64,000 bases of DNA. It comes from an uncultured delta proteobacterium (GTDB lineage: Bacteria > Myxococcota_A > Polyangia > Haliangiales > Haliangiaceae). Where the stretch lies: contig CAWKDB010000004.1 of the NCBI GenBank assembly GCA_963848295.1, positions 32,001 to 96,000 of the forward strand. The letters are read 5' to 3'. The position numbers and the translations under genes are program-made. Below, one piece after another: positions 31,158 through 40,502 of this stretch (positions are counted from its first letter, which is position 1; each line of letters opens with the position of its first letter). Under the pieces are notes generated by a model. That model saw only the letters and a list, made by a program, of their open reading frames with translations, searched no databases and was not told the DNA's origin.

Positions 31158-32330
31158 ATGCGGTGCTTGCTGACGATCAACGCGGGCTCTTACAGCCTGA
31201 AGACTGCGGTGTTCCGGGAGGACTCTCTCGAGCGACTGGTCGCCGTCGAGGTGACCGGCATCGATCACGTGGCCACCATGACATGGTCGATGGGCGGCGA
31301 TCGTCAGGTCGAGAAGCTCGCAGGCATCAGCGATCACGATACGGCCCTGTCCGCCGTACTGGAGCGGTTGCGGCAGCGATTGGGCCGAATCGAGTGGAAA
31401 GCAGTGGGCCACCGAGTCACTCACGGGTTTGACTGCCTCCAGCCGCGGATCGTCGACACCGAGCTGCGTTCGTACCTCGAAGCTCTCATTCCGCTCGCGC
31501 CGCTGCACCAGCCGCACAACCTGGCTGGGATCACGGCGGCCGAGCGCCTCGCCCCAAGCGCGTTACAAGTCGCTTGCTTCGATACGTCGTTTCACCGGAC
31601 GATTCCCGACGTCGCGCGCCGCTATGCGTTGCCGCGCGAGCTCAGCGCTGACGGCATCGAGGCCTATGGATTCCACGGGCTGTCGTACGAATACATCGCG
31701 TCGATCCTGCCGAGTCATCTCGGGCCACGCGCCGACGCACGCGTGATCGTCGCGCACCTCGGCAGCGGCGCCAGCATGTGCGCCATGCGCGAGCGCAAGT
31801 CCGTCGCGACCACCATGGGGCTCACCCCGTTGGACGGCTTGCCGATGGCAACGCGATCAGGCGCACTCGATCCCGGCGTCATCTTGTACCTGCTCGAGAC
31901 TCGCAAGATGGACGTCGCCGACGTCCGAGATCTGCTCTATCAACGCTCCGGCCTCCTCGGAGCTTCGGGCGTCAGCGACAGCATGAAGGAGCTACTCGCG
32001 TCTGCCGATCGCGGTGCCGCCGAGGCGGTGGAGTTGTTCGTGTATCGCGGCTCGCGCGCGATCGGTTCGCTCGCCGCCGCACTCGGCGGGCTCGACGCGC
32101 TCGTGTTCACCGGAGGCATCGGAGAGAACAGTGCGCCGATCCGCAGCCGCATCGTCCACCAGCTCTCCTGGCTCGGAGCCCAGATCGACGAGCGGGCTCA
32201 CGCTGACGGTCGCGCGGTGTTCAGCGACGCGTTGAGCCGGGTCTCCCTCGTCGTGTTGCCGACCGACGAGGAAGCGATGATCGCTCGCCATGTCGCCGCG
32301 CTGTTACGCGACGGCGACCACGCATCGTGA
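31158..32330 (+). CDS. ackA: Acetate/propionate kinase
   Basis: INAGSYSLK, GHRVTHG, APLHQP, FDTSFH, YGFHGLSY, HLGSGAS, TRSGALDPG, FTGGIGEN, TDEE. Confidence 0.95.
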   Translation: MRCLLTINAGSYSLKTAVFREDSLERLVAVEVTGIDHVATMTWSMGGDRQVEKLAGISDHDTALSAVLERLRQRLGRIEWKAVGHRVTHGFDCLQPRIVDTELRSYLEALIPLAPLHQPHNLAGITAAERLAPSALQVACFDTSFHRTIPDVARRYALPRELSADGIEAYGFHGLSYEYIASILPSHLGPRADARVIVAHLGSGASMCAMRERKSVATTMGLTPLDGLPMATRSGALDPGVILYLLETRKMDVADVRDLLYQRSGLLGASGVSDSMKELLASADRGAAEAVELFVYRGSRAIGSLAAALGGLDALVFTGGIGENSAPIRSRIVHQLSWLGAQIDERAHADGRAVFSDALSRVSLVVLPTDEEAMIARHVAALLRDGDHAS

Positions 32331-32377
32331 TCGTCGCGCGCGATCCTCACCGTGTGCGGTGCTCGTCGTCCGCTGCG

Positions 32378-32806
32378 TCAGAGCACCGTCCGGACCACGA
32401 ACACATTGCGGTCGGCGTGATTCACGACCTTCGCGGCGGTCGTGCCAAGCAGATGATCGATTCCGCCAAAGCCATGCGAGCCGATCACGATCACGTCGGC
32501 ATCGCGCGTGCGCGCCGCACGAACGATGCCATCCCATGGCGTCGCATAGTCCGTGAAGATCTCCTCTACCATGCCGTGACGGAGCGTACTCGCCAGCTGG
32601 TCGAGGTCCTCGTGCGCCTTGCGCTTGAGCGCGTCATCCAGGTTCGTATCCGTCGCGGCCAGCACTTCGCGCGGAAGATCGAGCGGGACGCCGATGGCGC
32701 GGAACAAGACGAGCTTCGCATCGGCGAGCTCCGCGAGCCGAGCGGCAGCGGAGAGCACGAGCCCTGCGCGGGCCGATCCATCGAGGGCGACCAGAAGGCG
32801 CTTCAT
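32378..32806 (-). CDS. Universal stress protein
   Basis: MKRLLVALDGS, DVIVIGSHG..LLGTTAAKVV. Confidence 0.93.
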   Translation of the reverse strand: MKRLLVALDGSARAGLVLSAAARLAELADAKLVLFRAIGVPLDLPREVLAATDTNLDDALKRKAHEDLDQLASTLRHGMVEEIFTDYATPWDGIVRAARTRDADVIVIGSHGFGGIDHLLGTTAAKVVNHADRNVFVVRTVL

Positions 32807-32862
32807 GGCGTCACCGCATTCGCATGCTCGACCGTGTACCGAGAGACCGGCGACATCAACAT
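32803..32862 (-). pseudogene. 19-aa leader ORF derived from a CBS gene N-terminus
   Basis: MLMSPVSRYT... versus MLMPPISRYM... of 12488-12892; its stop overlaps the USP ATG. Confidence 0.55.
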
Positions 32863-32875
32863 GAGGGATCCGAGT

Positions 32876-32891
32876 TGCATGGCGCGTGCCC
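32876..32891 (-). promoter_or_regulatory. sigma54 -24/-12 promoter
   Basis: GGGCACGCGCCATGCA on minus strand; ATG 32862 is 15 nt downstream. Confidence 0.7.
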
Positions 32892-32920
32892 GCGCGCGCG
32901 GCTCGACTCGTGTGGCACGC

Positions 32921-32963
32921 CGCAATGATTGCGCTTCGCTCTCGGGAGCGCGCTCCGCTTGCG
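32921..32963. promoter_or_regulatory. Tandem CGCA-N5-TGCG sites between divergent promoters
   Basis: CGCAATGATTGCG at 32921 and CGCTCCGCTTGCG at 32951. Confidence 0.65.
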
Positions 32964-32983
32964 CGGAGTAGCCCCCGAGGAGC

Positions 32984-32999
32984 AGGAACGAACATTGCT
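32984..32999 (+). promoter_or_regulatory. sigma54 -24/-12 promoter
   Basis: AGGAACGAACATTGCT; ATG 33012 is 14 nt downstream. Confidence 0.7.
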
Positions 33000-33011
33000 C
33001 TATCGGTCCTC

Positions 33012-33683
33012 ATGAGAAACTGTCTGCCACTCGTCGCGCTCGTGGCCGGGTGCGAAGGCTTGACCCCTGCGCCTCCGCCGTCGGTCCTGCCGTCGTTGCA
33101 GGGAGTTCTGATCGTGACCGAGTCGGACCGTGCATCACCGTCGGTGATCGACCGAATCGGCGAGTCGAGCCCCGAGTGCGTGGCAGATGCCTATGGCGGC
33201 ATCGAGCTTGTCGCCGATGTCGCGCCTAACCCCGGCAAAGAGACGGTGCTCGCCTCGTTCTCCCAGGGCGTCGTCGTCCTTGCAGCGGATGGCCACCGGA
33301 TCGCGTCGACACCCGGCTTCGACTGCACGGGCTCGCAAGACGACTTGGTTGCGGTGGAGATCGTGCGGACCTCGCTCGATACTCCGGTGATCGCCGTGGC
33401 GGCCAACCAGGGCGGTCGACGCGAGAGCTCGGCATGGCTCGAGCTCCTCGCGGTGGGCAAGTCCGATCACCTCGATCGGCTATTCGTGGGTGAGATCGAG
33501 CGATACGACGAACTGGGCACGCACACGGGGGGCGTCACGATCGTCCCGGGTGGCCTCGTGTATCGACATCCGATCGATGGCGTGAGCTTGTGGAGGTACG
33601 AGGTCCCGACTCACCGATACGTCAAGTGGCGATCGATCGAGCGCCCCAAGTCACGGGACCGTCGCTCGCCGGCTATCGACTGA
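33012..33683 (+). CDS. Hypothetical lipoprotein
   Basis: MRNCLPLVALVAGC lipobox; plausible composition. Confidence 0.7.
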   Translation: MRNCLPLVALVAGCEGLTPAPPPSVLPSLQGVLIVTESDRASPSVIDRIGESSPECVADAYGGIELVADVAPNPGKETVLASFSQGVVVLAADGHRIASTPGFDCTGSQDDLVAVEIVRTSLDTPVIAVAANQGGRRESSAWLELLAVGKSDHLDRLFVGEIERYDELGTHTGGVTIVPGGLVYRHPIDGVSLWRYEVPTHRYVKWRSIERPKSRDRRSPAID

Positions 33684-33700
33684 CCCGACTCGCTACGCTG

Positions 33701-34702
33701 TCATGCCGTCACGAGCACCGCGGATCCGTCGAACCGGCCGGCACGCAGATCGTCGAGAGCCTGATTTGCGTCGGCGAGCGCATACGTCGTTACCTTGGGC
33801 CTCAGGCCGACCGTCGGTGCGAGCGCGAGCAACTCCTCGGCATCGCGACGCGTCAGATTCGCGACCGATCGGATCGTCCGCTCTTCCCATAACAGACGAT
33901 ATGGGAACGACGGGATGTCACTCATGTGGATGCCCGCGCAGACAACGACGCCGCCCGGTGCGACCGATGCGAGCGCCAACGGAACGAGCTCGCCGACCGG
34001 TGCAAAGATGATCGCCGCATCGAGCGCCGCCGGCGCGCGTTCATCCGATGCGCCACTCCATGTCGCGCCGAGCTCGCGCGCGAACGTTTGCCCGCGTGTA
34101 TCGCCGGCGCGCGTGAACGCGAACACTTCGCGTCCTTGGTGGAGCGCGATCTGCGCGATCTGATGGCCGGCAGATCCGAAGCCGTAGATCCCGAGTCGCG
34201 CTCCGCTGCCGGCGAGGTGCAACGCGCGATACCCGATCACCGCACCGCACAACAGCGGCGCGGCCTCGACCGCGGTGTAGTCGGCCGGAATACGGAATGC
34301 GTAGCGCGCGTCCGCGACGCACGCGTCCGCGAAGCCGCCGTCGCGGTGATAGCCCGTGAACCGCGCCGACCGGCACAAGTTCTCGCGGCCCTCACGACAG
34401 TAGCGGCACGCTCCGCAGGTCCAGCCGAGCCACGGCACGCCGACCCGCTCGCCGACGTGGAAGGTCGTGACCTCGGCGCCGAGCGCCGTGATGGTCCCGA
34501 CGATCTGGTGGCCCGGCACGCGTGGCAGTCCGCCTTCGGCGAGCTCGCCATCGACCACGTGCAGATCAGTCCGGCACACCGCGCACGCCTCGATCGCGAT
34601 TCCGACGTCGTTCGGTCCGGGGACCGGCGTTGACCGCGCGCGCAAGACGAGCGGCCCGCCGATCCGCTCGAGCACCATGGCGCGGGATGAGCTGGTAGTC
34701 AT
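33701..34702 (-). CDS. Zinc-dependent alcohol dehydrogenase family protein
   Basis: CRTDLH, PGHQIVG, CGACRYC..ENLC, GIYGFG. Confidence 0.93.
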   Translation of the reverse strand: MTTSSSRAMVLERIGGPLVLRARSTPVPGPNDVGIAIEACAVCRTDLHVVDGELAEGGLPRVPGHQIVGTITALGAEVTTFHVGERVGVPWLGWTCGACRYCREGRENLCRSARFTGYHRDGGFADACVADARYAFRIPADYTAVEAAPLLCGAVIGYRALHLAGSGARLGIYGFGSAGHQIAQIALHQGREVFAFTRAGDTRGQTFARELGATWSGASDERAPAALDAAIIFAPVGELVPLALASVAPGGVVVCAGIHMSDIPSFPYRLLWEERTIRSVANLTRRDAEELLALAPTVGLRPKVTTYALADANQALDDLRAGRFDGSAVLVTA

Positions 34703-34714
34703 GACCGTCATGAG

Positions 34715-34730
34715 GGCAAGTGATGTACCG
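34715..34730 (-). promoter_or_regulatory. sigma54 -24/-12 promoter
   Basis: CGGTACATCACTTGCC on minus strand; ATG 34702 is 14 nt downstream. Confidence 0.7.
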
Positions 34731-34832
34731 AGCCGACCATGCAACGCGCACTCGGTCAACGTACGTTCTGCATCGCGGCATCTGCCATGCGCATATTTCG
34801 CGCGAACGCGATCGCAGCAAGCTCCCGACGAA

Positions 34833-34848
34833 TGGCTCGGGTCGTGCA
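34833..34848 (+). promoter_or_regulatory. sigma54 -24/-12 promoter
   Basis: TGGCTCGGGTCGTGCA; ATG 34861 is 14 nt downstream; CGCATATTTCGCG at 34790. Confidence 0.65.
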
Positions 34849-34860
34849 GCCGCGCTCACC

Positions 34861-35097
34861 ATGGTGACGCGTGAGCGCACAGACTCGGAGATCCTCGGAC
34901 GCATCGCCTATGTCGATCCGTCGAAACAATGGGGCTATCTTCATGGCCCGCGTGGCGAGCGTGTGTACTTCCACGCGACCGCGGTGCCCGACGGGATCGC
35001 GAACCTCGCGATCGCCACCGAGGTTCATTATCGGCTTGCCGACGGCGGCGATCAGCTTTGCGCGACGCACGTTCGGCGCGAGAGGCGTGGTCGATGA
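34861..35097 (+). CDS. Cold-shock (OB-fold) domain protein
   Basis: G.I..V...KQWGYL...VYFHATAV, resembling RNP1/RNP2. Confidence 0.75.
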   Translation: MVTRERTDSEILGRIAYVDPSKQWGYLHGPRGERVYFHATAVPDGIANLAIATEVHYRLADGGDQLCATHVRRERRGR

Positions 35098-37793
35098 CCG
35101 AGGAGCCGGTCGAGGTGATCCTTCGCGACGGCACGTCGATCTCGATCCGCGCCGCGCGTCCCGATGACCGGGACCGCTTGCTCGCGTTGTTCGCGCGCAT
35201 GAGCTCGACCTCTGTACGTCACCGGTTCTTTGGAGCGAAGCGCCAGCTGACCGAATCCGATCTGAGTTACCTGACAAGTGACGACACCACCGTCGCCCTG
35301 GTGGCCACGATCCGACGCGGTTCGGAGCAGACCGTTCTCGGTACCGGGCGCTACGTCGTCATTCCAAAGACACCGACGGTCGCGGAGATCGCGTTCGACG
35401 TGGGCGACGCGGACCAGGGCCGCGGGATCGGAACGCTGCTGCTCGAGCATCTCGCCCGGATCGCGCGTGGCCGGGGCATCGCGACGTTTCGCGCCGAGGT
35501 CGAGGCCGACAACGGCCAGATGCTCGAGGTGTTCGCTCGCAGTGGCTTCGCGGTGCGCGAGTCCCTCGACGAGCGCATCTTTCACGTCGACATCCCCGTG
35601 GATGACACCGAGCGCTTCCTGAGCGCCGCCGCCGCACGCGAGCGGTTCGCCGTCGCCCAGAGCTTGCGCGCCATGTTCGCACCGGCGTCTGTCGCGGTGG
35701 TCGGGGCGTCGCGGAAGCAGGGCACGATCGGCCGCGCGATTCTCGACAATCTGATCGCCGACGGCTTTCGCGGAGCGATCTATCCGGTGAACCCGAAGGC
35801 TCCGGAGCTGGGAGGACGGCGATGCTACGCCTCGATCGCCGCGATCGGCACACCCATCGATCTTGCCGTCATCGCAGTTCCGTCACCGGCGGTCGAAGCC
35901 GTCGTCCGCGAGTGTGCGGCTTCGGGTGTGCGCGGCGTGGTCGTGATCACGGCGGGTTTTGCGGAGGTCTCGGCGTCGGGACGCGCCGCCGAGCACAGGC
36001 TTCGAGCGATCGCGCGCGGCGCGGGGATGCGGATGATCGGACCGAACTGCATGGGTGTGCTCTCGACCGATCCCGCGGTTAGCCTGAACGCGACCTTCAG
36101 CCCGGTGTTTCCGCCGGCCGGCAACGTGTCGATGGCGACGCAGAGCGGTGCGCTCGGCCTCGCGATGATCGACTACGCACGCGATCTAGAGCTCGGCATC
36201 GCCGAGTTTGCATCGATCGGCAACAAGGCCGACGTCTCGGTCAACGATCTGTTGTCGTACTGGCACGATGACCCTCGGACGCGCGTCATCGCGCTCTACC
36301 TCGAGAGCTTCGGCAACCCACGCACGTTCGCGAGGCTCGCACCCGAGATCGCGCGTGAGCGGCCGATCGTGGCGGTCAAGTCAGGACGCTCCGCCGCCGG
36401 GACGCGCGCCGCGTCGAGCCACTCGGCCGCGCTCGGAAGTCTCGACGTCGGGATCGACGCGCTGTTCGCCCAGACCGGCGTGATCCGCACCGATACGCTC
36501 GAGCAGCTGTTCGATGTCGTCTCGCTGCTCTCGAGCCAACCCGTCCCTGCGGGACCGCGGATCGGCGTCGTCACGAACGCGGGTGGGCCCGGCATCCTGC
36601 TCGCCGACGCGTGCGAGGCCCACGGCCTGACGTTGCCGACGCTCGAACCCCAGACCCTCGATGCGCTTCGCGCGTTCCTGCCTGCCCAGGCCGGCTTGTC
36701 GAATCCGATCGATATGATCGCGTCGGCGCCGGCCGAACACTACGAAGCCGCGATCGACCTCGTCGGTCGCGATCCCAACGTCGACGCGGTCGTCGTGATC
36801 TACGTACCCGTGCTCGTGACCGAGCCCGAGGCCATCGCGAGCGCGATCGCGCGCGGTGCGGCGGCGGTCCCGCGCGACAAGCCGATTGCCACCGTGTTCA
36901 TGTCGTCGAAGGGCACGCCGGCCGTGCTGTCGCAGGGCACACGAGGCGCGATTCCGTCGTACAGCTTCCCCGAGAACGCGGCGCTGGCGCTCGGCGCAGC
37001 CGTTCGCTACGGGACCTGGCGCAAGCGCCCGATCGGCGCTCGGCTCGTGCTGGCGCCCGAGCAAGAACAAGCGGTGCGCACGAAGGTCCGGGCGCTGCGC
37101 GCCGGGCGCGATGACGGATGGCTGGCTTTCGACGAGATCGCAGCCCTCCTGGAGATCGTCGGCGTACGCGTCGCACCGCACCGCACCGCGATGCCCGACG
37201 CACGCGCGGCCGCGGCTGCAGCAGGACAGCTCGGCTTTCCCGTGGTGCTCAAGGCGATCGCCCCGGGCTTGATCCACAAGACCGAAGCCGGCGGGGTCGT
37301 GCTCGATCTGGTCGACGCGAACGCGGTGACGATGGCCGCAGACGCGATGCGGACACGCTTCACCGCAGACGGCCGTGTTCTCGACGGCTTCCTGATCCAA
37401 CGCGAGGTTCCACGGGGACTCGAGGCGCTCGTCGGTGTCACGAGCGATCTGTCCCTCGGGCCGCTGCTCGTCGCGGGGATCGGCGGCGTCGCAGTCGAGC
37501 TCTATAAGGATGTCGCGTTCCGGGTGACGCCGGTGACCGACGTGGATGCCTCCGCGATGCTCGATCAGCTACGCGGCCGGGCGCTGCTCGACGGCTTTCG
37601 CGGAGCGCCGGCCGCGGACCGGGCGGCGTTACTCGACGTCTTGCTTCGCATTTCGGCGCTCGTGGAGCTCGTGCCCGAGCTCGTGGAGCTCGACCTCAAC
37701 CCGGTCATCGTTCTCGAGCGCGGCGCCGGCGCGGTCGTGGTCGATGCGCGCCTACGGCTGGGAGTCGACGCAGCTTCGAGGACGGCAACATGA
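35094..37793 (+). CDS. GNAT acetyltransferase fused to NDP-forming acyl-CoA synthetase (Pat-like)
   Basis: N-terminal GNAT (QGRGIGTLLL), VAVVGAS, GPNCMG, QSGALG, SIGNKADV, ASSHSAAL, TNAGGPG, HKTEAGGV, LDLNPV. Confidence 0.93.
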   Translation: MTEEPVEVILRDGTSISIRAARPDDRDRLLALFARMSSTSVRHRFFGAKRQLTESDLSYLTSDDTTVALVATIRRGSEQTVLGTGRYVVIPKTPTVAEIAFDVGDADQGRGIGTLLLEHLARIARGRGIATFRAEVEADNGQMLEVFARSGFAVRESLDERIFHVDIPVDDTERFLSAAAARERFAVAQSLRAMFAPASVAVVGASRKQGTIGRAILDNLIADGFRGAIYPVNPKAPELGGRRCYASIAAIGTPIDLAVIAVPSPAVEAVVRECAASGVRGVVVITAGFAEVSASGRAAEHRLRAIARGAGMRMIGPNCMGVLSTDPAVSLNATFSPVFPPAGNVSMATQSGALGLAMIDYARDLELGIAEFASIGNKADVSVNDLLSYWHDDPRTRVIALYLESFGNPRTFARLAPEIARERPIVAVKSGRSAAGTRAASSHSAALGSLDVGIDALFAQTGVIRTDTLEQLFDVVSLLSSQPVPAGPRIGVVTNAGGPGILLADACEAHGLTLPTLEPQTLDALRAFLPAQAGLSNPIDMIASAPAEHYEAAIDLVGRDPNVDAVVVIYVPVLVTEPEAIASAIARGAAAVPRDKPIATVFMSSKGTPAVLSQGTRGAIPSYSFPENAALALGAAVRYGTWRKRPIGARLVLAPEQEQAVRTKVRALRAGRDDGWLAFDEIAALLEIVGVRVAPHRTAMPDARAAAAAAGQLGFPVVLKAIAPGLIHKTEAGGVVLDLVDANAVTMAADAMRTRFTADGRVLDGFLIQREVPRGLEALVGVTSDLSLGPLLVAGIGGVAVELYKDVAFRVTPVTDVDASAMLDQLRGRALLDGFRGAPAADRAALLDVLLRISALVELVPELVELDLNPVIVLERGAGAVVVDARLRLGVDAASRTAT

Positions 37794-37915
37794 CTGCGAC
37801 GTCTACGGCGGCGAGCTCCGACGCTCCTCGCGTTGCGGAGGTCGACCGAGCCATGCGGAACGCGAAGAGTGCCGCACTCTTTGCGTCACGGGGCCTGCCC
37901 AGCTACCATTGCGAC

Positions 37916-38539
37916 GTGCGCAAGATTGTCGTTGTCGTGATCGCAATGTTCAGCAGCGGCGCCTTCGCGCAGGTGTCCCCGGCCAGGCTCTACGAGGCGA
38001 CGGCCGCCTCGCGGAGCCGAGATGCGGACGCGCACCGCGATGCCGTCGCACTCGGAAATCTCGGGATCTCCGACGACGGGACCACAGCTTTTGAGCTCGT
38101 GCAGCTGGAGGCGTCGCCATCAAGTCCGGCTCGCGTCGTCGTGCGCGACTCCGGACGTCGTCGTCGTCCAGCGATTTTCTGGGTCGACGTGGGCCGCAAC
38201 GCCTCGGCCCGCTTCGTCACCAACAACAACCTGTTGATCGAGTCGAGCTGCGGTTCTTCGTGCTCGATCGCCGAGCTGCGCAGCTCCAGCGGCCGGCGGC
38301 TCGCATCGCTCGAGAACGCAGATGTCTCTCCCGACAAGCGGTTTGCGGCGAGTGTCAGGATCTTGAACTTGGAAAGCGGCGAGAGCGATCTGACGGTGGT
38401 CGATCTTGCTTCCGGTCGAACGTTGAAGACCTGGAAGAAGCAGGTCGGTGTTGCGAGCTGTGCATTGCACTGGCGCGGAAGCCGTTTGGAGTCGGGCGGC
38501 TGCGACGATGCGATCCCGGTGAAGCAGTTCTCCTGGTAA
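37916..38539 (+). CDS. Hypothetical secreted protein
   Basis: MRKIVVVVIAMFSSGAFA signal-like N-terminus; CGSSC; start uncertain. Confidence 0.5.
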   Translation: MRKIVVVVIAMFSSGAFAQVSPARLYEATAASRSRDADAHRDAVALGNLGISDDGTTAFELVQLEASPSSPARVVVRDSGRRRRPAIFWVDVGRNASARFVTNNNLLIESSCGSSCSIAELRSSSGRRLASLENADVSPDKRFAASVRILNLESGESDLTVVDLASGRTLKTWKKQVGVASCALHWRGSRLESGGCDDAIPVKQFSW

Positions 38540-38559
38540 ACGCCGCCCAGCTCGCCCTC

Positions 38560-40368
38560 CTAGCGGATCGACGACCAGGCCTCGTTGGCGGCGAGCGCAC
38601 GGCCGCGATCGCGGAGCGACCGAGCGAGGTCACCGGCGGCGGCGTGGGCGAACGCGTCGACGAGCTCTGCGGCCGACGCGAAGCGCTCGTCGACTTGCTT
38701 GGCAAGGCCGATCGCGAGCACGAGCTCGAGATCTGGGGCGAGCGTGACGAGCTCCGAGGGGCGGCGCGGCGCGGTGTGGACGACGCGATAGAGCGTCTCG
38801 GCCACCTCGCGCGCGGCAAACGGCGGCTGACCGGTGAGGCCGCGGTACGCGACCGCGGTGAGCGCGTAGAGATCGGTCCGGTGATCCACGGGCGCGCCAC
38901 GCGCTTGCTCGGGGGACATGTACGACGGCGTGCCGACGACCTGGCCGGAGGTCAGCGTGTCACCGTGCTCGGCTAGTCGCGCGACACCGAAGTCGAGGAT
39001 CTTCCAGCTACCGTGATGGAGGAACAGGTTCTGCGGCTTGATATCGCGATGGATCACGCCGGCGCTGGCGGCGGCTGCAAGGCCTTCCCCGACCTGGCGC
39101 ACGAGGTCGAGGACCTTTTCGACGCCGAGCGTGCGGCGGCCGCGCAGGATCTCGGCGAGGCTCTTGCCCTCGAGTCGCTCCATCACCAGGAACGGCACCG
39201 GGTGTTCGCCGACCTCGATCACGCGGACGACGTTCGGCGAGGAGATGCCGGCGGCGGTCTTGAGCTCCCGGAAGAACCGCTGGACGTGTTGCGGGTTGCC
39301 GAGCGACGTCTGCGACAACAGCTTGATCGCGACCGGCTCGCCGGTGCGCGGGTCGGCGGCGCCGTAGACCTCTCCCATCGCGCCGCGGCCGATCACGTCG
39401 CCGAGCTCGTAGCCGGCGATCACCTGATCGCTGAACCGGCCGCGGCCCGATCGCAGCGCGCGATCGAGCTCCGCCCGGGCCTCGAGGAGCAGCGCCTCGC
39501 GCTGGGTCGCGATCCGGATCGCGCGCTCGAGCTCTCCAACCGCGAGCAGTGCCGAGCGCCGCGACATTCGCGCCGTGATGAACGTACCGGCCATCACCAT
39601 CTGGACGAGCAGTTGGATCATCCACTGGACGCGTCCAGACAGCGCAGCGCCCGAGACCAGGCCGGTATCTCGCGTCACGCCGAGGATCACGAGTCCGGCG
39701 GTCGCCGCCTGGCTGACCGCGCACACCGACCACACCGCCGCGGCGAGTCGCACGCTCGAACCGAGCCCCGTGAAGTACACCGCGAGCACGACCAGCACGG
39801 GCGCGGGCGAGAACGCGCCGAAGTAGGGGATCGCGGCGGCAACCGCGAGCGTCGGCAAGAAGAAGCCGATCATCGTGGACGGCCGGCGGTACGCGATCGG
39901 ATCCGCGGTGCGGCGATACAGAAATGCGATCCCGCCGACCGACATCAACACCGCGATGATCAGCATCGTCGCCGCGGTCTGATCGCCGGGCACGAACAAC
40001 ACCGACGCGCCCCCGATGATCACCATCGCGAGCGCGACCAAGCAGAACCAGCGCGTGCGGAGGATCTCGTCGCGCTCGAGAGCCAGGAGCGGCGAGCCTA
40101 TCGTGGTCGCGCCGCCCCGGGTGAGCGATCCCGCCGAACGCGCGCTCTGCGCCATCGAGCCCGAGGTCGAGGGGCTGATGCTCGGCGACGAGGTTGGCGA
40201 TGGGGCACGTCGCGGCGGCGTCCCGGCGGCGGACCTATCATTAGCGCGTCCGCTGACCACGGCGGAGGCCACGGGATCCGCGACGGTCTGGCGCTCCGGG
40301 TCGTCATCGCCCTCGGTCGCGAGCAGCCCCGTGGCCTCGTCGTCGGGCGCGGCCTCTTCGGTCACCAC
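38560..40368 (-). CDS. Ser/Thr protein kinase with N-terminal multi-TM region
   Basis: IGRGAMGEVY, VAIK, HRDIKPQN, DFG, GTPSYMSPE; about five TM segments upstream. Confidence 0.9.
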   Translation of the reverse strand: MVTEEAAPDDEATGLLATEGDDDPERQTVADPVASAVVSGRANDRSAAGTPPRRAPSPTSSPSISPSTSGSMAQSARSAGSLTRGGATTIGSPLLALERDEILRTRWFCLVALAMVIIGGASVLFVPGDQTAATMLIIAVLMSVGGIAFLYRRTADPIAYRRPSTMIGFFLPTLAVAAAIPYFGAFSPAPVLVVLAVYFTGLGSSVRLAAAVWSVCAVSQAATAGLVILGVTRDTGLVSGAALSGRVQWMIQLLVQMVMAGTFITARMSRRSALLAVGELERAIRIATQREALLLEARAELDRALRSGRGRFSDQVIAGYELGDVIGRGAMGEVYGAADPRTGEPVAIKLLSQTSLGNPQHVQRFFRELKTAAGISSPNVVRVIEVGEHPVPFLVMERLEGKSLAEILRGRRTLGVEKVLDLVRQVGEGLAAAASAGVIHRDIKPQNLFLHHGSWKILDFGVARLAEHGDTLTSGQVVGTPSYMSPEQARGAPVDHRTDLYALTAVAYRGLTGQPPFAAREVAETLYRVVHTAPRRPSELVTLAPDLELVLAIGLAKQVDERFASAAELVDAFAHAAAGDLARSLRDRGRALAANEAWSSIR

Positions 40369-40502
40369 CGACGAGGATAGCGCGATTACGACAGCCAGTC
40401 GCGACTGAGTACCCGATGCTCTCGGGTACGTCGAGCCCGCGTAGATCGTCGGCGCCGATGAAAAGGCGAGCGCGAGCTGGCGGTTCGCCCTGCTCCGCGG
40501 GG

